Positions 30,471 through 39,530 are shown, counted from the stretch's first letter. The stretch is DNA of 64,000 nucleotides from an uncultured Bacilli bacterium (GCA_944372195.1 CALVYK010000002.1:4422-68421), one strand, 5' to 3'. Notes: generated by a model not told the origin, from the sequence alone. Program-made: numbers and translations.

Positions 30471-31428
30471 TTTATATAATCAATTATTTGATATTAATTT
30501 TATTTTAAATACTTATAATATTATTAAAAAGAATACAAAGAATAAAAATAAATTAGAAAAGTTTGAGGAAAATTTATCAATTAATTTAATTGATATTAAA
30601 GATAAAATAGGTAAGAATATCGATAAATATAATTTATTTATGATTTATGAACCTAAAGAAAGATTAATATTAAGTTTAAATTTGAAGGATAAAATTATTA
30701 ATCATATGGTTGGCTATATTTTATTTGATGTATTAGAAAAGAGTTTAATTGATAGTAATGTAGCTGTTAGAGTTAATAAAGGTACTAGTTATGGTATTAA
30801 GTTAGTTAAAAAATATATTAAGAATCTAAATTATAATTATTATTGTTTAAAGATTGATATTAAAAAGTATTTTTATAGTATTAATCATAATATTTTAAAA
30901 GATTTATTAAATAAAAAAATAAAGGATAAATTATTTTTAGATATTGTTTATAAAATAATTGATAGTACTGATAGTGATTATATATTTGAATATGCGAAAA
31001 AACATAACATTATTTTAAAAAAAGGATATGGATTAAGTATTGGTAATTTAACTAGTCAAATATTAGGTATATTTTATTTAAATAATTTAGATCATTATAT
31101 TAAAGAAGAATTAAAAATAAATTATTATATTAGATATATGGATGATATGGTATTATTTCATAAGGATAAAGAATATTTAAATTACTGTTTAGATAAAATT
31201 ACAATTTATTTAAAAGAATATGATTTAGAATTAAATAATAAAACAATTATAACTAAAAATAGTTTATGTTTTTTAGGTTATAGATTTTACAATAAAAAGA
31301 TTAAAATATTAAGTAAAAATAAAAGAAGAATATATAAAAAATTAAGAATATTAAAATATAAAGATTATAACAAATATATTAAATCATTAAGTAGTTATTA
31401 TGGTTATTTTAAAGTACAGAAGTATTAA
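30433..31428 (+). CDS. DGR reverse transcriptase
   Basis: RT motifs KIDIKKYFYSINH, GLSIGNLTSQ (the DGR-typical I/LGxxxSQ), YIRYMDDMVLF and FLGYRF. There is no maturase or endonuclease domain. The true start may be the GTG at about 30454. Confidence 0.9.
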   Translation: MFMGGLEVKRVNNLYNQLFDINFILNTYNIIKKNTKNKNKLEKFEENLSINLIDIKDKIGKNIDKYNLFMIYEPKERLILSLNLKDKIINHMVGYILFDVLEKSLIDSNVAVRVNKGTSYGIKLVKKYIKNLNYNYYCLKIDIKKYFYSINHNILKDLLNKKIKDKLFLDIVYKIIDSTDSDYIFEYAKKHNIILKKGYGLSIGNLTSQILGIFYLNNLDHYIKEELKINYYIRYMDDMVLFHKDKEYLNYCLDKITIYLKEYDLELNNKTIITKNSLCFLGYRFYNKKIKILSKNKRRIYKKLRILKYKDYNKYIKSLSSYYGYFKVQKY

Positions 31429-31901
31429 GAATTTTTAGATAATTCTATTTCCATTTGTTCTTTTATTTTATCTATATCTGTAAAAAACAAATTAATTCCT
31501 TTATCTTTCAATTTCATTAATTTTTTAAATTCTTTTAGTATTATTTTACTTAAGGTTTCAGGAACTTTAGCTGGTATATTATCTATAGTATGGATATGGT
31601 CAATATATTTTTCTAAAGTAGGAAAAGCATTTTGTAATAATATAGCGGTTTTTCTATCAAATATTTTTTCTATTAAAATAGTATTACAAAATCCATATCT
31701 TTTAATTTTATTATTTACTATTTTTTCATATTTTTCTACTTTACTGCTTAATGGAATAAACCATAATATATCTTTATCTTTGATGGTAAAATAAGTTGGT
31801 CTTTTTTTCCCTTTTTCATGATTAGCCATCAAGTTATCATCATTTACTGTGTCAAAAAATTCATCTTTTATGTGATATAAATATCCAGTTTTTATTTCCA
31901 T
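31425..31901 (-). CDS. Type III toxin-antitoxin toxin, ToxN/AbiQ-like endoribonuclease
   Basis: The 158-aa protein starts MEIKTGYLYHIKDEFFD...KKRPTYF...ILWFIPLSSKVEKY, which resembles the ToxN/AbiQ N-terminal core (FY.I...Y......RP....YF.APLSSPK.KH). Upstream lie a terminator and tandem structured repeats. I chose the ATG at 31899-31901 because of its GAGGAG RBS. Confidence 0.6.
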   Translation of the reverse strand: MEIKTGYLYHIKDEFFDTVNDDNLMANHEKGKKRPTYFTIKDKDILWFIPLSSKVEKYEKIVNNKIKRYGFCNTILIEKIFDRKTAILLQNAFPTLEKYIDHIHTIDNIPAKVPETLSKIILKEFKKLMKLKDKGINLFFTDIDKIKEQMEIELSKNS

Positions 31902-31944
31902 ATTTATCTCCTCTCTAATTAAGTATTTAAAATTATAGCACATA

Positions 31945-31980
31945 TAAAAAGAAAACTCTATCTATTAAGATAAAGTTTTC
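31945..31980 (-). terminator. Intrinsic terminator between the antitoxin repeats and the toxin gene
   Basis: The minus-strand RNA is GAAAACUUUAUCU-UAAU-AGAUAGAGUUUUC followed by UUUUUAU. This is the same position as the terminator in toxIN loci. Confidence 0.7.
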
Positions 31981-31987
31981 AAACATT

Positions 31988-32090
31988 TTCAACTAGGATA
32001 ATTTATTAATTCGCAAGCCACCTAGAAGCGAGAAACATTGTCGACCGGGATTATTTATTACTCGCAAACCACCCGGAAGCGAGAAACATT
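31988..32090 (-). ncRNA. Candidate type III antitoxin RNA: two full tandem repeats of 51-52 nt plus partial flanking copies
   Basis: The two repeats are about 80 percent identical and each begins AAUGUUUCUCGCUUC. The internal helix CCGGG/CCCGG in one copy is replaced by CUAGG/CCUAG in the other, which is a compensatory change. It nests with a CUCGC/GCGAG helix, so a pseudoknot is possible. Confidence 0.6.
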
Positions 32091-32106
32091 TTCTAAATGC
32101 AATATT

Positions 32107-32135
32107 AATATACATTATTTTAAAATATTTGTCAA
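32107..32135 (-). promoter_or_regulatory. Predicted promoter of the antitoxin-toxin transcript
   Basis: On the minus strand: TTGACA (32130-32135), a 17-nt spacer, then TATATT (32107-32112). Confidence 0.5.
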
Positions 32136-32208
32136 TATTGCACTTATATTATATGTAAAATTTAGTATATAATTTAATATATTGTTTAAACTAACTTTGA
32201 GGTGAACA

Positions 32209-32721
32209 ATGAAAACAGGAGTTATAAGAAGAATCGATGAGTTAGGAAGAATAGTTATACCTAAAGAAATAAGAAGAAGTTTAAGAATTAAAGAAGGAGA
32301 AAGTTTAGAAATATTAGTTGATAATGAAAATATTATTTTAAAAAAATATTCTTTAATTAAAAATTTAAATGATTTTGCTCAAAATATAACTGATTCGATT
32401 AAATCCTTTATTAAAAATAGTGTCTTAATATGTGATACTGATAGTATAATTGCCGTATCTGGTGATTTAAAAAAACAATTATTAAATAAAAAAATAGGTA
32501 GTGATTTAGAAGTTAAATTAAATAGAAGAGAAGAAATGCTAGAAAAACATAAAAAATTAATAAAAATAAGTGATGAAATGGAATGTTGCTATGCTGTTAG
32601 TCCTATTATCGTTAATAGTGATGTTATTGGTTTAGTAATGATCATAGGTGATGAAGTTGATGAAACTGATTTAAAGTTAACCCAAATAGTAGCTAGATTT
32701 TTAACTAATCATTTAGAATAA
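32209..32721 (+). CDS. spoVT: Stage V sporulation protein T (AbrB-type N-domain + GAF-like C-domain)
   Basis: MKTGVIRRIDELGRIVIPKEIRRSLRIKEGESLEI at the N-terminus, and 170 aa long. spoVT follows mfd in B. subtilis. Confidence 0.88.
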   Translation: MKTGVIRRIDELGRIVIPKEIRRSLRIKEGESLEILVDNENIILKKYSLIKNLNDFAQNITDSIKSFIKNSVLICDTDSIIAVSGDLKKQLLNKKIGSDLEVKLNRREEMLEKHKKLIKISDEMECCYAVSPIIVNSDVIGLVMIIGDEVDETDLKLTQIVARFLTNHLE

Positions 32722-32819
32722 ATGTAAAAATTGCGTAAAATGTCGTTATTTGAATATTAAAAATGTTGTTATATAACAAATATCTATGATATATTATTAA
32801 CATAGAAGGGAATATTACT

Positions 32820-32987
32820 ATGGAACAAAAATTAATAGATATTACGCCGTTGGCTTTATTATTTCTGCCAGTTATAATAGCTGTAATAAGCGTAATAATA
32901 GACTTTAATGTAGTAGATTTTGTTTATGTAGTATTAGTAGGTATTTTATTTTTAAGATATTTTATAGTAACAAGAAAACAAAATTAA
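32820..32987 (+). CDS. Small hydrophobic protein (55 aa)
   Basis: My hand translation is MEQKLIDITPLALLFLPVIIAVISVIIDFNVVDFVYVVLVGILFLRYFIVTRKQN. An AGAAGGGA RBS lies upstream. It is below the ORF-track cutoff. Confidence 0.35.
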   Translation: MEQKLIDITPLALLFLPVIIAVISVIIDFNVVDFVYVVLVGILFLRYFIVTRKQN

Positions 32988-33014
32988 TTTTTGTTTTTTT
33001 TAGGAGGTAAAGTA

Positions 33015-33737
33015 ATGGTTGATACACATTGTCATATAACAAGTGAATATTATGATAATATTTTAGAAGTTATAAATAAAATGAAGGATAATATAATTAT
33101 AGTAAGTGGTACTAATAAAGAAGACATTAAAGAAGTAATAGATTTATGTAATTACAAAAATGTTTATGGAACAATTGGAATATATCCAACTGAAGAATTA
33201 GATTTAAAATTAATTGAAGATAATATTAATAATAAAAAAATAGTAGGAATAGGTGAAATCGGATTAGATTACCATTTAGAACATAATAAAGAGGAACAAA
33301 AAGAAAAATTTATTAAACAATTAGATTTAGCTCGTAAATACAATAAAACAGTTGTAGTTCATACTAGAGATGCTATACAGGATACTTATGATATATTAAA
33401 AAATTATAAGGAATTAAAAAAAGTTATTCATTGTTATAGTGGTAGTTTAGAAATGGCTAAAGAATTTATTAAAATTAATTGTAGATTAGGCATTGGTGGG
33501 GTATTAACTTTTAAAAATAGTAAGTTAAAAGATGTTATAAAAGAAATAGATTTAAAATATTTATTATTAGAAACAGATAGTCCCTTTTTAACACCAGAAC
33601 CATTACGAGGCACTAAAAATGAGCCTTATAATGTAATTTATGTAGCTAAAAAAATAGCAGAAATTAAAAATATTTCTTTAGAAGAGGTATTAGAAATAAC
33701 AACTAAAAATGCTAAAGAGCAATTTGACTTAGAGTAA
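33015..33737 (+). CDS. tatD: TatD-family metal-dependent hydrolase (YabD)
   Basis: MVDTHCH start after the AGGAGG RBS, plus GEIGLDYH and ETDSPFL motifs. Confidence 0.9.
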   Translation: MVDTHCHITSEYYDNILEVINKMKDNIIIVSGTNKEDIKEVIDLCNYKNVYGTIGIYPTEELDLKLIEDNINNKKIVGIGEIGLDYHLEHNKEEQKEKFIKQLDLARKYNKTVVVHTRDAIQDTYDILKNYKELKKVIHCYSGSLEMAKEFIKINCRLGIGGVLTFKNSKLKDVIKEIDLKYLLLETDSPFLTPEPLRGTKNEPYNVIYVAKKIAEIKNISLEEVLEITTKNAKEQFDLE

Positions 33738-33784
33738 AATTTATGATATATTTAAAATATGGTAGACAAAATTGAGGTGAAACA

Positions 33785-34489
33785 ATGAATTTTTATTTAC
33801 TAAGTTTATTTGGTAAATGGGTGAGTTTGGGATTACTTTCAATTGTATCTTTATTTGGTTTTGAAATAAGCGAAACTAAAAAAGAAATGAATAATGATAA
33901 TATTAATAAAAATATCAATGTCGTTTCTAAAGTTATTGAATATGAAACAATTAAAACTTATGATAGTTCAATTCCTAGCAATATAACTAATGTTGTAGTT
34001 GAAGGAAAAAATGGATTAGTGTTTATTGGTGAAAATAATGAAGAAATAGTTTTAGAAGAAGTAGTTAATGAAGAAGTTGTAGTAGGTACTGGGAAATATG
34101 GAAAATATAAAGGTGTTATGACTGGATATGGCCCAGATTGCAGTACTTGTTCTGGTATTGGAAATGTTTCTTGCAAAACTGAAGATAAGAAAAAATTTAA
34201 TTTAATTAATGATGGCGTTTATTATAATGATGATGAATTTGGCGAAGTAAGGGTACTCGCTGCTGCGTTATCAGAATTTCCTTGTGGAACTATTATCGAG
34301 GTTGAAAATTCTAATTTAGGTGATTTTATGGGTATTGTAATGGATACCGGTTATACTATGCGTGAACAATTAAAAGATGGTATATATCATTTTGATGTTG
34401 CTTATCAAACAGAAAAAGATGAAAATATTAGATTTGCTACTAATATGAGTGGTAATGTTGAATTTAACGTTCAAAGATGGGGATGGTAA
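33785..34489 (+). CDS. G5/3D-domain cell-wall protein, YabE-like
   Basis: It has a signal/TM segment, a G5-like segment and a C-terminal 3D (RlpA-like) region. It lies after tatD, as yabE does in B. subtilis. Confidence 0.55.
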   Translation: MNFYLLSLFGKWVSLGLLSIVSLFGFEISETKKEMNNDNINKNINVVSKVIEYETIKTYDSSIPSNITNVVVEGKNGLVFIGENNEEIVLEEVVNEEVVVGTGKYGKYKGVMTGYGPDCSTCSGIGNVSCKTEDKKKFNLINDGVYYNDDEFGEVRVLAAALSEFPCGTIIEVENSNLGDFMGIVMDTGYTMREQLKDGIYHFDVAYQTEKDENIRFATNMSGNVEFNVQRWGW

Positions 34490-34550
34490 ACCATCTTTTT
34501 ATTTTGTAAAAAAAATGGTATAATCTAAGTTGAGTTGAAAGGAGTAAAAC

Positions 34551-35375
34551 ATGGAATATTCACCTAAAAAAATAAAAGAAATAATGGAATCAAATAATTT
34601 TAATTTCAAAAAAAAATTTGGTCAAAATTTTATAATTGATGAAAATATTATTGATTCTATCATAAATAAAGCAAATATTGATAAAAATACATTAGTAATA
34701 GAAATAGGCCCAGGAGCAGGATCATTAACCCATAAATTGGCTAAAAATGCTAAAAATGTACTATGTTATGAGATAGATACAACTTTAAAAGATATATTAG
34801 ATAATAATTTAAAAGAATTTGATAATGTTGATATTATATATAACGATTTTTTAAAACAAAATATAAAAGAAGATATAAAAAAATATAATTATGATAAATT
34901 ATATGTTGTCGCTAATTTACCATACTATATAACTACACCTATTTTAATAAAAATAATTGAAGATAGTATTGCTGTGGATAAAATAGTTGTAATGGTACAA
35001 AAGGAAGTTGGGGATAGATTTAAAGCTAAACCTAATAGTAAAGATTATAGTTCTTTATCAGTTTATTTAAATTATTATTTTGATGTAAAAAAAATTTTAG
35101 ATGTTAGTAGAAATGTGTTTATGCCTAAACCCAATGTTGATAGTATTGTAGTAGAATTTAGTAAAAAAGAAAGAGTTAATTTGAAAAATGAACAATTATT
35201 TTTTAAATTAGTAAGAGATTCATTTAAACAAAAAAGAAAAAATTTAAGAAATAATTTAAAAGAATATGATTTAGAAAAAATAAATAATATTTTAAATAAA
35301 TACAATTTTGATTTAACTGTACGAGCTGAACAATTGGATATTAATATATTCATTGATATTGCTAATAATTTATAA
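34551..35375 (+). CDS. rsmA: 16S rRNA (adenine1518/1519-N6)-dimethyltransferase RsmA/KsgA
   Basis: KKKFGQNFIIDENI, EIGPGAGSLT and NLPYYITTPI motifs. Confidence 0.95.
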   Translation: MEYSPKKIKEIMESNNFNFKKKFGQNFIIDENIIDSIINKANIDKNTLVIEIGPGAGSLTHKLAKNAKNVLCYEIDTTLKDILDNNLKEFDNVDIIYNDFLKQNIKEDIKKYNYDKLYVVANLPYYITTPILIKIIEDSIAVDKIVVMVQKEVGDRFKAKPNSKDYSSLSVYLNYYFDVKKILDVSRNVFMPKPNVDSIVVEFSKKERVNLKNEQLFFKLVRDSFKQKRKNLRNNLKEYDLEKINNILNKYNFDLTVRAEQLDINIFIDIANNL

Positions 35376-35461
35376 AGATTGCAAAAAAAAGCAATTTTTT
35401 TTAAAATTTTGCAGGAAATCACCACACTTTTGGCTAATAAAACTAATAGGAGGTGATTTAA

Positions 35462-36277
35462 ATAAAAAAATTTTATACAGCAAGACATGAACCTGTTTTT
35501 ATGTATGCTGCAGTTAAAAAAGAATTTTTAATAGCTATTTTAGAGCCAATTTTAGATAAAAAAATTGAAGATTTACAAATATTAAATTCGAATTTAATTC
35601 AAGATTATTATAAGTTACGTGGTCAAAGATTAGATTTACTAGTAAAAACAATAGATGAAATAATCAATGTTGAATTAAATACTAATTATAGTGAAGAAAT
35701 AAAAATAAGAAATTTACATTACATATTTAAGCTAGCAAGTGAAAACACGGAAAGAGGGAATAAATACAAAGTAGGTCATTCGATAATTCAAGTAAATTTA
35801 AATTTTTATAATAGTAAATATGAAAAAAGTATCTATACATTATATGATAAAATAAATAAAATAGAGTTAACCGATTATATCAAAATATATAATGTAGGTA
35901 TAGACAAATACATAAAAAACTATTATAATAATGATAAGAAGTTTACCAAAGGTGAAGAAGCATTAATCATGTTAGATTTAGGTAAACAATGATTAGAAGA
36001 ATTATCAGAAAAGAGTGATATAGTGAATAATTTTAAAGAAGAAGTAATCAAAGCTAACAATGATCAATTTGTAGTGGATTGGATAAGTCGTGAAGAAGAG
36101 CAAAAACAATATGAAGAAGTAATGCATGAAAAATGGCTTAATCAAGGATTATCTGAAGGAATCGAACAAAATAAAATAGAAAATGCTAAAAAAATGTTAG
36201 AATTAAATATGGATTTAGAAACAATAAGTAAAGTAACTAATTTAGCTAAAGAACAAATTGAAAGTTTAAGAAATTAA
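35462..36277 (+). pseudogene. PD-(D/E)XK nuclease family (Rpn/transposase_31-like) gene interrupted by one in-frame TGA and lacking a canonical start
   Basis: ORFs 35501-35992 and 36023-36277 are in the same frame, separated only by the TGA at 35990. The RLDLLVKT..IINVELN core and the C-terminal helical tail are typical of the family. The frame stays open upstream to 35462, with no ATG/GTG/TTG near the AGGAGG RBS. Confidence 0.5.
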
Positions 36278-36313
36278 ACTTTTTTTTATTAATATACTTA
36301 ATTAGGTGATTAA

Positions 36314-37588
36314 ATGCTTAAAATAATTGATAGTATTTTATGGGCAATAGCAACCGTTCTAATGGTATATTCTGGTATTTATTTTACATATAAATTAAAA
36401 TTTGTACAATTTAATTTTAAAGAAATGTTTAAAAATATAATAAAAAAAGAAGATAATGCAATATCGCCATTTGAATCTTTAATGATGGTATTAGGTGGTA
36501 GAATTGGTGTTGGAAGTATCGCTGGTATTGCATTAGCTATCTATTTAGGGGGAACTGGTTCAATATTTTGGATGTGGATAATTGGAATTATATCTGCCGC
36601 TAATAGTTTTGCAGAAACAACTTTAGGTGTTAAATATCAAGAAAAAGATAATAATTTATATAAAGGTGGCCCAAGTTATTATATAAAAAATGGTTTAAAT
36701 AATAAAAAATTAGGTAAATTTTATGCTCTAATTATTGTTATTAGTCAAGTATTTGGATTTTTAAGTATTCAAGCTAATACGATAACTAATTCTATAAATT
36801 TTAATCCTGTTATTAGTGGTTTAGTAATTACTTTAATTGCTTTTATAATTATAAACAAAAGTACTAAACAATTATTTAATATTTCCTCTAAATTAGTGCC
36901 TATTATGACTTTAATATATATATTAGCTTCTATATTTATAATAATAAATAATATTGACCAAATACCAAATTTGTTTAAAAGTATAATATTTGAGGCTTTT
37001 AATTTTAAGTCATTAGGTTTTGGAGTATTGTCATCTTTTATAGTAGGTATTCAAAGAGGAATATTTTCTAATGAAGCAGGATTAGGAACAGGAGCTATAG
37101 CTGCTTCAACTGTTAAAACAAAATTTCCCGCTAATCAAGGTTATGTTCAAATATTAGGTATTTATATAACTACTTTTTTAGTTTGTACAGCAACAGCTTT
37201 AGTAATTTTAACTAGCGATATAAATTTCCTAGGAAATAATTTAAATGGTATTGAGATAACTCAAAATGCATTTATATATCATTTGGGAAATATAGGAAAT
37301 ATAATAGTTATTTTATCAATAATTCTATTTGCTTTTTCAACTATTTTAGCTGGATTTTATGATGCGGAATCTAATTTAAAGTATTTAACAAATAAAACAA
37401 ATTATTTAAAAATAGTTATATGTATTATTTTATTTATAAGTTCTATTGTTCCGGCTAAAACAATTTGGGAAATAGTAAATATATTAACAGCATTACTTGC
37501 TATTATTAATGTATACGCAATAATTAAATTAAAGAAAGACGTTATATTTGAATTGAGAAGATATAAAGAATGTGGTAAAATGAAGTAG
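36314..37588 (+). CDS. Alanine/glycine:cation symporter (AGCS family)
   Basis: GGPSYYI and GIFSNEAGLGTGAIA motifs in a multi-pass membrane protein. Confidence 0.88.
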   Translation: MLKIIDSILWAIATVLMVYSGIYFTYKLKFVQFNFKEMFKNIIKKEDNAISPFESLMMVLGGRIGVGSIAGIALAIYLGGTGSIFWMWIIGIISAANSFAETTLGVKYQEKDNNLYKGGPSYYIKNGLNNKKLGKFYALIIVISQVFGFLSIQANTITNSINFNPVISGLVITLIAFIIINKSTKQLFNISSKLVPIMTLIYILASIFIIINNIDQIPNLFKSIIFEAFNFKSLGFGVLSSFIVGIQRGIFSNEAGLGTGAIAASTVKTKFPANQGYVQILGIYITTFLVCTATALVILTSDINFLGNNLNGIEITQNAFIYHLGNIGNIIVILSIILFAFSTILAGFYDAESNLKYLTNKTNYLKIVICIILFISSIVPAKTIWEIVNILTALLAIINVYAIIKLKKDVIFELRRYKECGKMK

Positions 37589-37597
37589 GTGTTAGTT

Positions 37598-38254
37598 ATG
37601 ATTAATAAGAATTGGGATATAGTTTTAAAAGATGAATTCAAAAAAGATTATTTTAAAAAACTAGGTATTTTTGTAAAAAATGAGTATAAAAGCAAAATAT
37701 GTTATCCACAGTATAAAGATATTTTTAATGCCTTAAGATATACTGATTATAATGAAGTAAAAGTAGTTATATTAGGTCAAGATCCATATCACGGAGAAAA
37801 TGAAGCTCATGGATTATCTTTTTCAGTTAAAGATGATGTTAAAAGACCACCATCATTAAATAATATTTTTAAAGAGTTAGAAAGTGATTTAGGTATAAAA
37901 AAAAATAATAATGATTTAACTAATTGGGCTAAACAAGGTGTATTATTATTAAATAGTATTATGAGTGTTGTAAAAGATACTCCATTATCTCACAAAGAAA
38001 AAGGTTGGGAAATATTTACAGACAACATTATAAAATTACTAAATGAAAGAGAACAACCAATCGTGTTTATATTATGGGGCGGATATGCAAGAAGTAAGAA
38101 AAAACTTATAACTAATAAAAATCATTATATTGTTGAATCTGTTCATCCATCACCACTTTCGGCATATAACGGATTTTTTGGAAGTAAACCATTTTCTAAA
38201 ACAAATAATTTTTTAATAAGTAAAAATATTACACCAATTGATTGGAGTAAGTAG
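37598..38254 (+). CDS. ung: Uracil-DNA glycosylase
   Basis: VVILGQDPYHG and HPSPLS motifs. Confidence 0.95.
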   Translation: MINKNWDIVLKDEFKKDYFKKLGIFVKNEYKSKICYPQYKDIFNALRYTDYNEVKVVILGQDPYHGENEAHGLSFSVKDDVKRPPSLNNIFKELESDLGIKKNNNDLTNWAKQGVLLLNSIMSVVKDTPLSHKEKGWEIFTDNIIKLLNEREQPIVFILWGGYARSKKKLITNKNHYIVESVHPSPLSAYNGFFGSKPFSKTNNFLISKNITPIDWSK

Positions 38255-38300
38255 TCTAAAAAATTCTTTTACAAATATATTTTTGTAGGAGGATTTTTTT

Positions 38301-38819
38301 ATGTTAGTAATTATTATTGCAATAAGTCTTAGTATGGATGCTTTTTCTCTAGCTTTAGCGTATGGTACTTTAAATTTAAATAAAAAAGACATATATAAAT
38401 TGTCTTTAGTAGTAGGTATTTATCATTTTATTATGCCGTTATTAGGCCTGTTTTTAGGTAATATTATATTAAAATATGTAAGTAATCCAGATATAATAGT
38501 TTTTTTAATTTTATTTATTATTGGTATTGAGATGGTTTATGAAACCTTTAAAGATGAAGATATTAAAAATATTGTTAATATTAAACAAATATTGTTATTT
38601 GGCTTTGCCGTAAGTATTGATAGCTTTTCAGTAGGTATAGGATTAAATGTAATTAGTAATAATTACTTATATTGTTCAACTATATTTTCAATTTTTAGTT
38701 TATCTTTTACCTATTTTGGTTTGGTGTTAGGGAAAAAAATAAATAATATAATTGGTAAAACATCAACTATAATGGGAGGCTTAATATTAATTATAATTGC
38801 ATTTTTATATTTGTTTTAA
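38301..38819 (+). CDS. MntP/YtaF-family (DUF204) membrane protein, putative manganese efflux pump
   Basis: The SMDAFSLALAYG and SIDSFSVGIG motifs form an internal duplication. Confidence 0.75.
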   Translation: MLVIIIAISLSMDAFSLALAYGTLNLNKKDIYKLSLVVGIYHFIMPLLGLFLGNIILKYVSNPDIIVFLILFIIGIEMVYETFKDEDIKNIVNIKQILLFGFAVSIDSFSVGIGLNVISNNYLYCSTIFSIFSLSFTYFGLVLGKKINNIIGKTSTIMGGLILIIIAFLYLF

Positions 38820-39478
38820 ATAGTTTTTTGATGCTTTTCAAAATTGTCCTTTAATCTATTTAGCGCTCTTTTTAGAATAAATTGTACACGTTGGGGGGAA
38901 ACATTCAATATTTCGCTTATTTCTTTTTGTGTATGCCTTTTATTTTCAAATCCAAAATAAAGTTTTATAATTAATTGTTCATTTTCTTTTAGTTCTTCAA
39001 CTAATTGTCTAATTATAATATGTTCTTCTTTTAGATCATAATTATATTCGATATCAACATTGTCATCTTTTAATAAGTTATCAATGTTTATAAAATCATT
39101 TATAGAAATACTTATTATGTTAGTTTTTATTTTTTTTAAATAGGCGATTATTTTCATTCTTGCACAATAAACTGCAAAAGTAGAAAAATTAACATTTCTA
39201 GATAAATCATATTTATCAAAGCATTCAGTAATACCAAGTAATCCAATAGCAGTTAATTCTTCCATATCGTAATATGGATTATTAAAATTTTTTCGTATTA
39301 AATCTATTATTAATTTTATATTATGATTTAAAATTGTTTTTTTAGCTTCTAAATTTCCTTCTTGATATTGTTTGTATAAAATAACTATTTGATCTTGTCC
39401 TAAAGGTTCTGGTAAATTATTTAGTTCTTTCATGTTTTTTTTCCTTTTAGCTAAAATATTATAACATGTTTTTGACAT
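38816..39478 (-). CDS. Sigma-70 family RNA polymerase sigma factor (group 3, sporulation-type-like)
   Basis: Region 2 (NIKLIIDLIRKNF...GLLGITECFDKYD...FSTFAVY) and a region 4 HTH (TQKEISEILNVSPQRVQFILKRAL). Confidence 0.75.
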   Translation of the reverse strand: MSKTCYNILAKRKKNMKELNNLPEPLGQDQIVILYKQYQEGNLEAKKTILNHNIKLIIDLIRKNFNNPYYDMEELTAIGLLGITECFDKYDLSRNVNFSTFAVYCARMKIIAYLKKIKTNIISISINDFINIDNLLKDDNVDIEYNYDLKEEHIIIRQLVEELKENEQLIIKLYFGFENKRHTQKEISEILNVSPQRVQFILKRALNRLKDNFEKHQKTI

Positions 39479-39493
39479 ATGTAATACAAAAAA

Positions 39494-39530
39494 CCTTGAT
39501 TTTATTATAAAAACTATATATAATTAAATT
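39494..39530 (+). repeat. Upstream copy of the fba promoter (direct repeat of 40652-40688, 35/37 identical)
   Basis: CCTTGATTTTATTATAAAAACTATATATAATTAAATT contains TTGATT, a 17-nt spacer and TATAAT. Confidence 0.85.

Noticed and set aside
30433-31428. The RT could belong to a retron, a group II intron or an Abi-type defence RT.
   Set aside because: There is no maturase or endonuclease domain and no intron RNA domains. A cognate TR/VR pair with adenine-specific mismatches is present, together with Avd and the I/LGxxxSQ motif, and these point to a DGR RT.
35990-35992. The in-frame TGA might indicate genetic code 4 (TGA = Trp).
   Set aside because: TGA terminates several well-defined genes here (recF at 8795-8797 and holB at 18353-18355, both in ATGA overlaps). 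Trp is encoded by TGG throughout the conserved proteins.
38255-38300. A possible yybP-ykoY manganese riboswitch upstream of the MntP-like gene.
   Set aside because: The intergenic region is only about 46 nt and is almost pure A+T. That is too short, and it lacks the conserved riboswitch helices.
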